This document shows, piece after piece, positions 40,659 to 49,051 of a stretch of DNA of 64,000 bases. Source of the stretch: an uncultured Gammaproteobacteria bacterium (GTDB lineage Bacteria > Patescibacteriota > Microgenomatia > Levybacterales > GWA1-39-11); contig CAYMYC010000001.1 in the NCBI GenBank assembly GCA_964394645.1, forward strand, positions 117,299 to 181,298. The letters run 5' to 3'. A program made the position numbers and the translations under genes. Under the pieces are notes generated by a model. The model had not been told where the DNA came from, did no database searches, and saw only the letters and a program-made list of their open reading frames with translations. Position 1 is the stretch's first letter. The number at the start of each line of letters is the position of its first letter.

Positions 40659-41754
40659 TTTCCTCTTTTGTTTCCTCTACTCCCACTTCTATCATGGGTT
40701 TTTGTGATTCTGATTTTTTCATTACTTCATCAACTATTTTTTTTGCAGTATCTTTATGTTCGGTAAGATATGCTTTTGCCGATTCTCTTCCTTGCCCAAG
40801 CATTAGTTCGCCATATCGTAAGAATGCTCCAGATTTTTGAATTACTCCTGTTTCAATTCCCACATCTAAAATATTACCCTCACGAGAGATTCCGATACCA
40901 CCCATTACGTCGAATTCAGCAACACGAAAAGGTGGAGATACTTTATTTTTTACAACCTTGACGCGCGTTCTATTTCCAATCACTTTATCCCCATCTTTTA
41001 ATGTCTCAATCTTTCTAACATCAAGCCTAATTGATGCGTAAAATTTCAAAGCCATCCCTCCGGTAGTTGTTTCAGGGTTACCAAACATAACTCCAATTTT
41101 TTGCCTAAGCTGATTGGTAAATATGACAATAGTTTTAGATTTTGAAATTGCAGCAGTAAGTTTTCTTAGGGCTTGAGACATAAGCCTTGCTTGCATTCCC
41201 ATAACTGCGTCTCCCATTTCTCCTTCTATTTCAGCACGAGGAACAAGTGCTGCAACAGAGTCAATTACTATTACATCTACTCCTCCCGACCTAATAAGTT
41301 GTTCAGTGATTTCAAGCGCTTGTTCTCCTGTGTCTGGTTGAGAAATAATAAGATCCTCTAGCTTTACGCCAATAGTCTGAGCCCATAATGGGTCAAGTGC
41401 GTGTTCCGCATCTATAAATGCTGCTATTCCCCCAATTTTTTGAGCTTCTGCGATAACTGAAAGGCAAAGAGTAGTTTTCCCTGATGCCTCAGGTCCAAAT
41501 ATTTCAATAATGCGTCCTCGGGGAAATCCCCCAACTCCGAGTGCTAAGTCTAAGGCTAGTGCACCTGTTGGAATTACTTCTATAGCCATTTTTCCTGCCG
41601 AGTCACCAAATTTCATAATGGACCCTTTCCCATATTGTCTTTGAATTTGTTCCATTGCCATATTAATTGCTTGAAGACGTTGGGAGGAGGATGCGGAAGC
41701 GTTTGCTGCAGTGGTTGATAAGCCGTTTGTGGTGTTTGCTTTTGGTTTTGCCAT
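40636..41754 (-). CDS. recA: Recombinase A
   Basis: 372 aa; Walker [11 protein letters not shown] and L1/L2 loops; Thr/Ala-rich N-terminal extension. Confidence 0.95.
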   Translation of the reverse strand: MAKPKANTTNGLSTTAANASASSSQRLQAINMAMEQIQRQYGKGSIMKFGDSAGKMAIEVIPTGALALDLALGVGGFPRGRIIEIFGPEASGKTTLCLSVIAEAQKIGGIAAFIDAEHALDPLWAQTIGVKLEDLIISQPDTGEQALEITEQLIRSGGVDVIVIDSVAALVPRAEIEGEMGDAVMGMQARLMSQALRKLTAAISKSKTIVIFTNQLRQKIGVMFGNPETTTGGMALKFYASIRLDVRKIETLKDGDKVIGNRTRVKVVKNKVSPPFRVAEFDVMGGIGISREGNILDVGIETGVIQKSGAFLRYGELMLGQGRESAKAYLTEHKDTAKKIVDEVMKKSESQKPMIEVGVEETKEENEEEALQ

Positions 41755-41863
41755 ATTCTTTTAATTCTTGTTCTTTTCGAGTTTTATTGTAACAACTTTC
41801 GTATTAATTTCAATCATACTCACTATATCAAAAAGTAGCAAAATATTCATTTCGGTAAAAATT

Positions 41864-41872
41864 TGGTAAAAT
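41864..41872 (+). promoter_or_regulatory. Extended -10 promoter element (TGgTAAAAT) upstream of tRNA-Pro
   Basis: TGGTAAAAT ends 9 nt upstream of the tRNA 5' end. Confidence 0.35.
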
Positions 41873-41878
41873 CACTTG

Positions 41879-43447
41879 TTACGGGATGTAGTATAGTGGT
41901 AGTACGCTGCGCTGGGGGTGCAGTAGTCCGCGTTCGATTCGCGGCATCCCGACACTGAGAGAAGAGCCGGCGGAAAGCTCCGCCGGTGAAAGTCCCGCAA
42001 TCGCGGGACGGATTGAGTCAAAGCCCTTTTTAAAATTGGCGTAAACACAGCCATCCTCTAAAAAGAAGTTCGAGCCGACATGTTTTGCTAGATTTGCCAA
42101 ATCTAGTTGGTTATTTTTTGCGCGCGCTATTTTGTCGCATGACGATGCGACATTTATGAATTCCCTAAGAGGTTCGAGCGAGCGAGAACCTCCCTCCTCC
42201 AAAACCTCTATCTTTTCCTGAATTTTTATCTTTTCTTCAAAGAGTTCATTCTTCTTTCTCTTGTAGTTATCGCCCTCAATGTCCCCCTCAAGATAACTAT
42301 CAAGAAGAATGTCCATCTTCTTATCGAGAGACGAAGCTTCCTCTTTTAATTTTCTCATCCTTACATCCGATAAGCCTTTTTCGGATATTTCATCCCTTTC
42401 TACTAACCCCAGCCACCGGTCGCGCCATGAGGTAGGGATGGAAACGGATAAAACAATTTTTCTTAATTGGTCTTCAAGTTCTTGGGCAGTCACCATTTTT
42501 TGGGAACACGGACCCATCTTTTTGGTACAGCGGTAATAAATATAAGTTGCCGAACGGTTAGTCCCTTTATAAAACTTTACATGCCTTTCGGCAGTTACGG
42601 AAGCACCGCACTCTTTACAGCGAAGAAGACCCAAAAACGTAAAGACCGGAAGCTTACTATTTTGCCTAACTTTTCTATTTAACTTTTCCTGGACTTTATT
42701 GAACAACTCTTTAGAGATGAAAGTCTTGTGGGTCCCGAGATGATACTCGCCGTTGTATTTTAAAATGCCGATGTAGAATTTGTTGGACAATATCTTTCTG
42801 ACTTGGTTAAGGTGTAAAGGCTTTCCGTTTTCCTTTTTTATCCCCAATTTTAAAAAGTAATTTGAAATATCCGTAAAGGTTTTATCCTGTTCGCAAAACA
42901 ACTCAAATGCCCCTTTTATGGCCCGAGCTTCGTTTGGGACTATATCAATGCCTCGAGTCTTCGGGTTGTTGGAATAACCATAGGTAGTCTTCCCAGGCCA
43001 GACGCCATTTCGTATCTTTTGCCGAAGCCCCCTTTTAACATTCTCGCTAAGATTGTCGATGTAATATTTGCTTTGGCCGAAGGCGATATTTAACATGAAC
43101 TTTCCCTGTGGAGTGTTATCAAACCAAAATGTAGGAAACTTTAAATCCTTTAATTTTCCGGTATCAAGCAAATAGATGATCTTGCCCCCGTCAATAGAAT
43201 TTCTTGCAAGTCTGTCCGGATGCCAAGCAAGAATACCACCGGCTCTGCCTCTTTCGATAAGTTGCATGACTTTAGCAAATTTTTCCCGTCCTGGGGCTTT
43301 GGCGGTCTTTGCCTCTTCAATAACTTCGAGGATCTCAAGCTTCTCCCGTTTTGCGAACTCAAAAAGCTCAGCAATTTGCGCTTCAATGGATAAAACCTGC
43401 TTATCGGCTTCGTCTCTTGATTTACGGCAGTAAATTATGTATTTCAT
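41879..43447 (-). CDS. Large serine recombinase (resolvase/invertase catalytic domain + recombinase domain + Zn ribbon + coiled coil)
   Basis: N-terminal YCRKSRDE catalytic-Ser motif; Cys-rich ribbon (CKECG...CTKKMGPC); 522 aa. The last ~55 codons are read through IR1-L and antisense to tRNA-Pro. Confidence 0.85.
   Translation of the reverse strand: MKYIIYCRKSRDEADKQVLSIEAQIAELFEFAKREKLEILEVIEEAKTAKAPGREKFAKVMQLIERGRAGGILAWHPDRLARNSIDGGKIIYLLDTGKLKDLKFPTFWFDNTPQGKFMLNIAFGQSKYYIDNLSENVKRGLRQKIRNGVWPGKTTYGYSNNPKTRGIDIVPNEARAIKGAFELFCEQDKTFTDISNYFLKLGIKKENGKPLHLNQVRKILSNKFYIGILKYNGEYHLGTHKTFISKELFNKVQEKLNRKVRQNSKLPVFTFLGLLRCKECGASVTAERHVKFYKGTNRSATYIYYRCTKKMGPCSQKMVTAQELEDQLRKIVLSVSIPTSWRDRWLGLVERDEISEKGLSDVRMRKLKEEASSLDKKMDILLDSYLEGDIEGDNYKRKKNELFEEKIKIQEKIEVLEEGGSRSLEPLREFINVASSCDKIARAKNNQLDLANLAKHVGSNFFLEDGCVYANFKKGFDSIRPAIAGLSPAELSAGSSLSVGMPRIERGLLHPQRSVLPLYYIP
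41882..41952 (+). tRNA. tRNA-Pro (anticodon GGG), hand-folded
   Basis: Cloverleaf: acceptor CGGGATG/CATCCCG, D-arm GTAT-AGTGGTA-GTAC, anticodon stem CTGCG/TGCAG with loop CTGGGGG (G37), T-arm CCGCG-TTCGATT-CGCGG, discriminator A; CCA not encoded. Confidence 0.8.
41950..42052. repeat. IR1-L: ~103-bp inverted repeat arm (near-exact partner at 43487-43590)
   Basis: Reverse complement of 43487-43590 (1 mismatch, 1-nt indel). Contains internal GC hairpins CCGGCGG-aaagct-CCGCCGG and GTCCCGC-aatc-GCGGGAC. Confidence 0.9.
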
Positions 43448-43486
43448 GGCAGTTAAAATTTTCGCGTTTATCTCCTCTTCTTTTTT

Positions 43487-43590
43487 GGCTTGTGTTTACG
43501 CCAATTTCAAAAAGGGCTTTGACTCAATCCGTCCCGCGATTGCGGGACTTTCACCGGCGGAGCTTTCCGCCGGCTCTTCTCTCAGTGTCG
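43487..43590. repeat. IR1-R: inverted copy of IR1-L, 40 nt upstream of the recombinase start
   Basis: Direct alignment to the reverse complement of 41950-42052. Confidence 0.9.
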
Positions 43591-43647
43591 AGATCTATGA
43601 AAAAGTTAGAACTCTTCTTTGTTAGCTCGGCCGCTTCGCGGCCTCGC
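43587..43647. repeat. IR2-L: 61-bp inverted repeat arm abutting IR1-R through a shared GTCG
   Basis: Exact reverse complement of 48923-48984; contains GGCCGC-ttc-GCGGCC hairpin. Confidence 0.9.
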
Positions 43648-43876
43648 CAAAACATGTCGGCTCGAATTTGAAACGCGAAAATTTTTTTCAATTTAAAATG
43701 GCCGCTCTGGTTGAACACAACAGGATCTCTCCAATTGTCCAAAGCGGCCATCAAAAAAGAGATCCAAAAATGTTGTGTTCGATTTTAATATACCAGTTTC
43801 ACGAGTTTAATCAACTAAGAGTATCTATAACAAATATATAGTTTTGCTACAATTAAAAAAGATGTGAACATCTAGT

Positions 43877-45691
43877 ATGAAATTTCCCATTAAGAAATTG
43901 TCCGAGTTTAGAACAACTATTAAATCATCAAAGAGATTGCTGGGGTTACTTTGGAACATTGATAAATGGCTATTTACAGGAAATTTGATTTCAGTAAGTG
44001 TTCCAGCAATTATTCCTTTTGTTAACGCTTATATCTATAAGCTTATTATTGATTTAATTATTGCGGGAGTCGGTAGTACTGACTTTGACTATCAGCAACT
44101 TTTTTGGCTTATAGCCATGAGAGTAGGCACACTTTTTATACAAGATGCTGCTTTTTCTGCACAAAACTATTTTGAAATGCTTCTTTGGACGAAATTTCCT
44201 GTGCATCTTTATCAAGCTGTTCTTACAAAACTATCAGATTTAGATGTTCAATACTTTGAAGATAGTTCTTTTAAAGATAGATTGGAAAAGGTAAGAGAGG
44301 CATATGCATGGAGGCCGTTAAATATGCTCTCACATCTGTTCTACAGCTTCCAAGGCGTATTACAAGTTTTAATTGCACTAGTTGCAATAGCAACCCTTAA
44401 TTGGTTTTTAATCTTTTTAATCCTTCTTGTGGCTATCCCAACATTTGTGAATCAAACTCACTACGCAAAAATCACTTGGGGTGTATGGCAGGATAACTCT
44501 CCCTATAGAAAGAAGTTTTGGTACTTATCAGATTTAATTCAGGGGGGACAAAGTGTGAAAGAGATAAAAATTTTTCAAATGGCCCCAAAGTTTTTGTCTG
44601 AACTGACTAACATCTATAACAAGTTTGTTAAAGACAATGCAAAAGTAGCTAAAAAGCAACTTCGTACAAATATCTTATTTAACATGCTTGGTACGGGTGT
44701 ATATATTGGAATTGAGATCTTTATTATTCTTGCTGCCGTTGCAAAGAGGATTTCTATAGGGGATATAACCTACTTTACAGCTGTAGTTAGTAATTTCCAA
44801 AATGGAGTCAATGGATTATTCCGTAATACTTCTCAATTGTTTGACCAAAGTCTTTATGTTCAGGAGATGTTTGAAGTTTTAGATATTAAGTCAAAAATAA
44901 CCCAACCTGCTAATGCTGTAAAAATAGACATACATGAAGGACCTAAAATTGAGTTCAGAAATGTAAGTTTTATTTATCCCGGGGCCGGAGAAAAAATCCT
45001 CAATGATTTTTCCCTGACAATTGAACCGGGTCAGAAGATTGCGTTTGTTGGAGAAAATGGCGCTGGTAAAACAACAATTGTGAAATTATTAGCCCGATTT
45101 TATGATGTAAACGAAGGGGAAATCTTAGTAAATGGCATTAACCTTAAAGAACTTGATTTACCAACTTGGTATAAAACTTTAGGGGTTCTCTTTCAAGACT
45201 TTATTAGGTATGAGTACCCATTTCACGAGAATATATACTTTGGAAAGATTTTTGAGCCTGAAAATATTGAGGAAATTAAGCATGCTGCAAAATTGGCAGG
45301 AGCAGATACCGTAGCTTCACAGTTACCTAAGGGCTACGACCAAATGCTTGGAAAGACTTTTGAGGGAGGGATTGATTTATCTGCAGGCCAATGGCAAAAA
45401 GTGGCGCTAGCAAGAGGTTTTCTACGAGATGCCCCTATTCTAATATTAGATGAGCCAACGGCAGCAATTGACGCGAAAGCGGAAGCAGAGATATTTGATA
45501 GGGTGGAAAGGTTATCTAAAGATAAAACTGTAATTATAATTTCCCATAGATTTTCTACCGTAAGAAATGCCGATAAGATTTACGTGATAGAGAAAGGTAA
45601 AATAAAAGAAGATGGCAGCCACGAACAGCTTATGAGGGAAAATGGAACTTATGCAACCCTATTTAACCTTCAAGCAAAAGGTTATAAATAA
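43877..45691 (+). CDS. ABC transporter, fused permease/ATPase (type I exporter)
   Basis: 6 TM N-terminal domain; NBD with Walker A GENGAGKTT, signature LSAGQ, Walker B ILILDE. Confidence 0.9.
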   Translation: MKFPIKKLSEFRTTIKSSKRLLGLLWNIDKWLFTGNLISVSVPAIIPFVNAYIYKLIIDLIIAGVGSTDFDYQQLFWLIAMRVGTLFIQDAAFSAQNYFEMLLWTKFPVHLYQAVLTKLSDLDVQYFEDSSFKDRLEKVREAYAWRPLNMLSHLFYSFQGVLQVLIALVAIATLNWFLIFLILLVAIPTFVNQTHYAKITWGVWQDNSPYRKKFWYLSDLIQGGQSVKEIKIFQMAPKFLSELTNIYNKFVKDNAKVAKKQLRTNILFNMLGTGVYIGIEIFIILAAVAKRISIGDITYFTAVVSNFQNGVNGLFRNTSQLFDQSLYVQEMFEVLDIKSKITQPANAVKIDIHEGPKIEFRNVSFIYPGAGEKILNDFSLTIEPGQKIAFVGENGAGKTTIVKLLARFYDVNEGEILVNGINLKELDLPTWYKTLGVLFQDFIRYEYPFHENIYFGKIFEPENIEEIKHAAKLAGADTVASQLPKGYDQMLGKTFEGGIDLSAGQWQKVALARGFLRDAPILILDEPTAAIDAKAEAEIFDRVERLSKDKTVIIISHRFSTVRNADKIYVIEKGKIKEDGSHEQLMRENGTYATLFNLQAKGYK

Positions 45692-45735
45692 ACTTTTTTT
45701 CCCAAAAGACAATTAACCCATCGAGTGGCGGCACA

Positions 45736-46275
45736 CTATTTTCTATTTCTTGAGGCATATCGACGAAGAGATTCACTACCGACAAGGGCACCCATGAAGC
45801 TTACTGATGCTAGAAAGGATGCTGCAGCTCTATTGTGAGAATCTTTCCCAACCTCTTTACTATCATCTTTCTTAAGATCCTCCTCCAGATACTTTAATAC
45901 CATGTCTCTTTTTTCCTCTACTGGAAGTTCTTCGAAGCCATCTAGTTTTTCTTTGTTCTCTTCGTAGAAGTCCTTTACTTGATCTGGTATCGCTTGCTCT
46001 AATCCTTCAAAAGTAAACCCTTGCAAAGGGAGGGGGTCAACATCGTCAACTTGATCTTTGATTTTAGCTTCATTTCTTGCGTCTCCATATGCTACTGAAT
46101 CGTAAGTAACTGATGGAAGGAATGTTGCCATAGATGCAAGACCCGCTATACCCATTGCCGCATTTAGACCCTTCCACCCACGATGCTCATTTCTTGGGGA
46201 TTGTTCCCTCAACGTGTCTTCTTGACCCAACTGATCTTGCTGTTCTTCTTCCATATAGTAAAGTGAGTTTAACAA
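45736..46275 (-). CDS. Hypothetical acidic protein
   Basis: 179 aa, Glu/Asp-rich; no family assignable; inside the IR2-bounded cargo. Confidence 0.45.
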   Translation of the reverse strand: MLNSLYYMEEEQQDQLGQEDTLREQSPRNEHRGWKGLNAAMGIAGLASMATFLPSVTYDSVAYGDARNEAKIKDQVDDVDPLPLQGFTFEGLEQAIPDQVKDFYEENKEKLDGFEELPVEEKRDMVLKYLEEDLKKDDSKEVGKDSHNRAAASFLASVSFMGALVGSESLRRYASRNRK

Positions 46276-46378
46276 CTCTCAAATTTTCTGTCAAATTTGT
46301 GTAACCCATCAAAAAGGCTGACTGAGTTGGATAAATAGACTTTTGACTTTTAAATTAGCAGTGTGATTCAATAGGTTA

Positions 46379-47068
46379 ATGGATGGTGACATAGAAAGTT
46401 CTCCTCAATCGGTGATTACATCACTTGATGTCAGCGAAAATAAAGCCAACTTCATGCATGAAGACCAAAAAGAAGCACCCGAAGCTCCAGAGTTTGGTAT
46501 TAAACTCTCTCCTGGTATACGATTGTTTCATGGAAGGTCGTCAACCGAAGACATTGATATCTGGCCCCTTCCGGTCGCCAAAAGAACGGTCAATGGTCTT
46601 GGGTTTTATTGCACAACCGACCCAGCAATTGCAAATCCATACGCTAAGATAGATCTAAGAAATGAATCTGCCGCCCGGGTTTATCCTCTTACACCGAAAG
46701 AAGAATTAACGCTTTTTAACGGTTTTATAAAAGATAAAGGTACTTTTTCAAAATATCTAGCAGAGAAAATTTTTGATGAAAATGATGAGAGAAAAGAAAA
46801 GTTTTTAGAAGAGATTAGAAGACTTAGGGAGATGAATAAAGATGGATTCGTTTTCAGCGATAATGTATTAGGAGTAATTCTGTCTTTCGTTGATGAGGAA
46901 AAAGCAAAAGATCTTGAGGAAAAGAAAATTCTTGAAAATGAAGTTCTGAAAAAGGTAGGTTATGATGGTAAAGGATGCGAGGAAAACGGTGTTATGGATG
47001 ATACAATTCTGATTTTTGATCCTGGAAAATTAGAAACGGAATTTAATGCAGAGCAAAAAGCCGCATAG
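46379..47068 (+). CDS. Hypothetical protein
   Basis: 229 aa; no confident family; weak RLFHGRSST motif noted. Confidence 0.5.
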   Translation: MDGDIESSPQSVITSLDVSENKANFMHEDQKEAPEAPEFGIKLSPGIRLFHGRSSTEDIDIWPLPVAKRTVNGLGFYCTTDPAIANPYAKIDLRNESAARVYPLTPKEELTLFNGFIKDKGTFSKYLAEKIFDENDERKEKFLEEIRRLREMNKDGFVFSDNVLGVILSFVDEEKAKDLEEKKILENEVLKKVGYDGKGCEENGVMDDTILIFDPGKLETEFNAEQKAA

Positions 47069-47122
47069 CAATCATAGAGTGAATTCCACTAAAATAGATT
47101 CATTAGATCGAGAAGTAAATAT

Positions 47123-47506
47123 ATGGAAAAACGAATTGGCACAGTAGGATTCATTGTTAATAACAATAAAGTTTTGTTAGCACATATTCAATACCCAGAG
47201 GGCAAAAAATTATGGAATGGGATCGGAGGATTTGTTAATAAAGGAGAAAAACTTGAGGACGCCTTAATAAGAGAAATCAGCGAAGAAACATATATACAAG
47301 TTAGCAAAGACGAAGTGCGTTTGGTGAAAGAATTGGACGAGGATATCAGACTTTTAATTTTTAAAATTAATAACTGGAAAGGAGAACTTAAAATTAAAGA
47401 CTCATCAATTAAGGAGTTAAGGTGGTTTAAATTTGATGAAATTCCATTTTCAGAAATGCATGATGGAAATGAAAAGTGGCTACCTGACTTATTAAAAACA
47501 CCATAG
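47123..47506 (+). CDS. Nudix hydrolase
   Basis: Nudix box GGFVNKGEKLEDALIREISEETYI. Confidence 0.8.
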   Translation: MEKRIGTVGFIVNNNKVLLAHIQYPEGKKLWNGIGGFVNKGEKLEDALIREISEETYIQVSKDEVRLVKELDEDIRLLIFKINNWKGELKIKDSSIKELRWFKFDEIPFSEMHDGNEKWLPDLLKTP

Positions 47507-47540
47507 TTACATTGTAATTTCGTATACTAATATTAATACA

Positions 47541-48338
47541 ATGAAAATTCATTTTATTGGATTATCATGTTTTCTTATTGAAAATGCCGCTGGCTTTCGA
47601 ATACTAGTTGATCCTTTTGAGGATAACCCCGAGTGGACGTTGGGTCCTATATTTCCAAAGGAATTTAGCAGTAAACCCTTTGGAACAAATATTGTATTGA
47701 TGTCTGAAACTGATGCTGATCATGCAAGGGCTCCACATGAATGGCAACAAAATGCACCTATTGTAAAGCCTGACAATAATCCTTTTCCAAATTTAAATTT
47801 GAGTGGTACATTAGTGCATGAATGGAATGGTGAAGCTTGCATTGCCTGGCATTATACTATTGATGGTATACGGCTTGCTCATTTTTCAGACCATGCTCAC
47901 CCGTTGACCGTAGAACAACTTACAGAAATAGGAAATCCCGATATTATCTTTTACCCACTTCCAAAAGTATCGTGGGACGATCAAGAAGCGTTTAATATCA
48001 TAAGAGAAGATATTAGCAAGCTCAAACCAAAAATTGTAATTTGGGCACATTTTATAGCACCTAAAAATATGCCTTCAGTGGATGATAAAGAAGCGCTCAG
48101 ATCATATTTTATCCAATATTTTAAAGACAACGCATCGACTAACTTGGGATACAAAGGTGAAGACAGTTTTATGGAATTAGGAAATATGATATACAGTGGT
48201 TTCAAACTCACAAATGAATTAAACGGAAAGATAATGGAAGCACCTACGCTGGAGCTTGACCAAACAACAGTTGATGCTTTTCAGCAACCAACTCCATTTT
48301 TCTTCACCAGTATGCTTGCTACTTCAAAAACTGAATAA
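47541..48338 (+). CDS. MBL-fold-like hydrolase (paralog of 8207-8869)
   Basis: N-terminal beta-lactamase-fold pattern (FLIENAAGFRILVDP..ETDADHA). Confidence 0.55.
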   Translation: MKIHFIGLSCFLIENAAGFRILVDPFEDNPEWTLGPIFPKEFSSKPFGTNIVLMSETDADHARAPHEWQQNAPIVKPDNNPFPNLNLSGTLVHEWNGEACIAWHYTIDGIRLAHFSDHAHPLTVEQLTEIGNPDIIFYPLPKVSWDDQEAFNIIREDISKLKPKIVIWAHFIAPKNMPSVDDKEALRSYFIQYFKDNASTNLGYKGEDSFMELGNMIYSGFKLTNELNGKIMEAPTLELDQTTVDAFQQPTPFFFTSMLATSKTE

Positions 48339-48339
48339 T

Positions 48340-48920
48340 ATCAAAACAAGTCATAAGCCTGTGGTGATCCACATCGGTTTTTTGGATTTTTCTTTTCTTG
48401 GGCGGCATCCACCGCCCCCGCCCGCATGGAATTGCGCCCTAAAAAGAGAAAAATACTTTACTGGTAGCCAATGAATTAGTAGGAACTATACAAAGTATTT
48501 TTCTCCCACACGAGCCCCGCGAGAATTTGTCTTGTTAAAAGAGAACGCGGGGCGAGTCAGTAGGTGTCTTCTTAATGGTTTTAAACAGGAAGGGACTAAA
48601 TAAAAGTCGGCGGGGGCGAATAAGCGGACACCCCTCCGACGGCGCTTCCTTTTTAAATGGAAATAATTTTTCGGAAGAGACTGTATTAAGGTTTTAGAAC
48701 TGGCAAAACTTTGGCGAGTTGCGCCTTAGTGCAACCTGCGCCCAAAGGAAGGGGTCGCCGCCACAATATCTTGGGTGGGTTGGGTTTTGTAGGATAAGAC
48801 TCACGGTTTGTTTTATATTCTTTTTTAAAGGGAGTACAATAATCCAATATTTATAATTTGTCCGCGTAGGGAGGGATTTTGGGACAATGACAATTTCTTT
48901 TTTCTTCGCGCGCAAAAAAT
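48340..48920. other. GC-rich hairpin-dense noncoding region (candidate structured RNA or recombination region)
   Basis: Multiple perfect GC stems in AT-rich context: GGGCGG-catcca-CCGCCC, GCCCCGCG...CGCGGGGC, GTCGGCGGGG...CCCCTCCGAC, GTTGC...GCAAC. No credible ORF. Confidence 0.5.
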
Positions 48921-48922
48921 AA

Positions 48923-48984
48923 CCTAGCGAGGCCGCGAAGCGGCCGAGCTAACAAAGAAGAGTTCTAACTTTTTCATAGATCTC
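48923..48984. repeat. IR2-R: inverted copy of IR2-L closing the 5.3-kb cargo segment
   Basis: Exact reverse complement of 43587-43647. Confidence 0.9.
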
Positions 48985-49051
48985 GACTGAATAAAATATG
49001 AGGAAATGATTTTCAAGAACCTCTTCAGTAAGTGTCTGGTATACTGAGAAA

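Larger units (their letters stand above)
41950..48984. mobile_element. Putative tRNA-Pro-associated serine-recombinase integrative/invertible element (~7 kb)
   Basis: Recombinase plus nested IR pairs plus cargo. Junctions read tRNA-end|IR1 (attL-like), IR2|flank (attR-like), and an internal inverted IR2|IR1 composite (attP-like) sharing a CGAC core. Confidence 0.55.

Noticed and set aside
43351-43671. Plus-strand ORFs 43351-43671 and 43437-43625, and minus ORF 41872-42054, sharing the peptide ...RALTQSVPRLRDFHRRSFPPALLSVS...
   Set aside because: They are translation artefacts of the IR1 inverted repeat (same DNA read in both copies), not independent genes; only noted as evidence for the repeat and for a possible alternative recombinase tail.
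48694-48915. 73-aa minus-strand ORF within the GC-rich block
   Set aside because: Spans GC hairpins, no start context or homology; the region is better explained as noncoding.
48340-48920. GC-rich block as tmRNA, SRP RNA or group II intron
   Set aside because: No tRNA-like T-arm or acceptor end, no tag-peptide reading frame, no SRP domain IV GGAA/AGCAG motif, and no 34-nt domain V hairpin could be found by eye; left as unassigned structured region.
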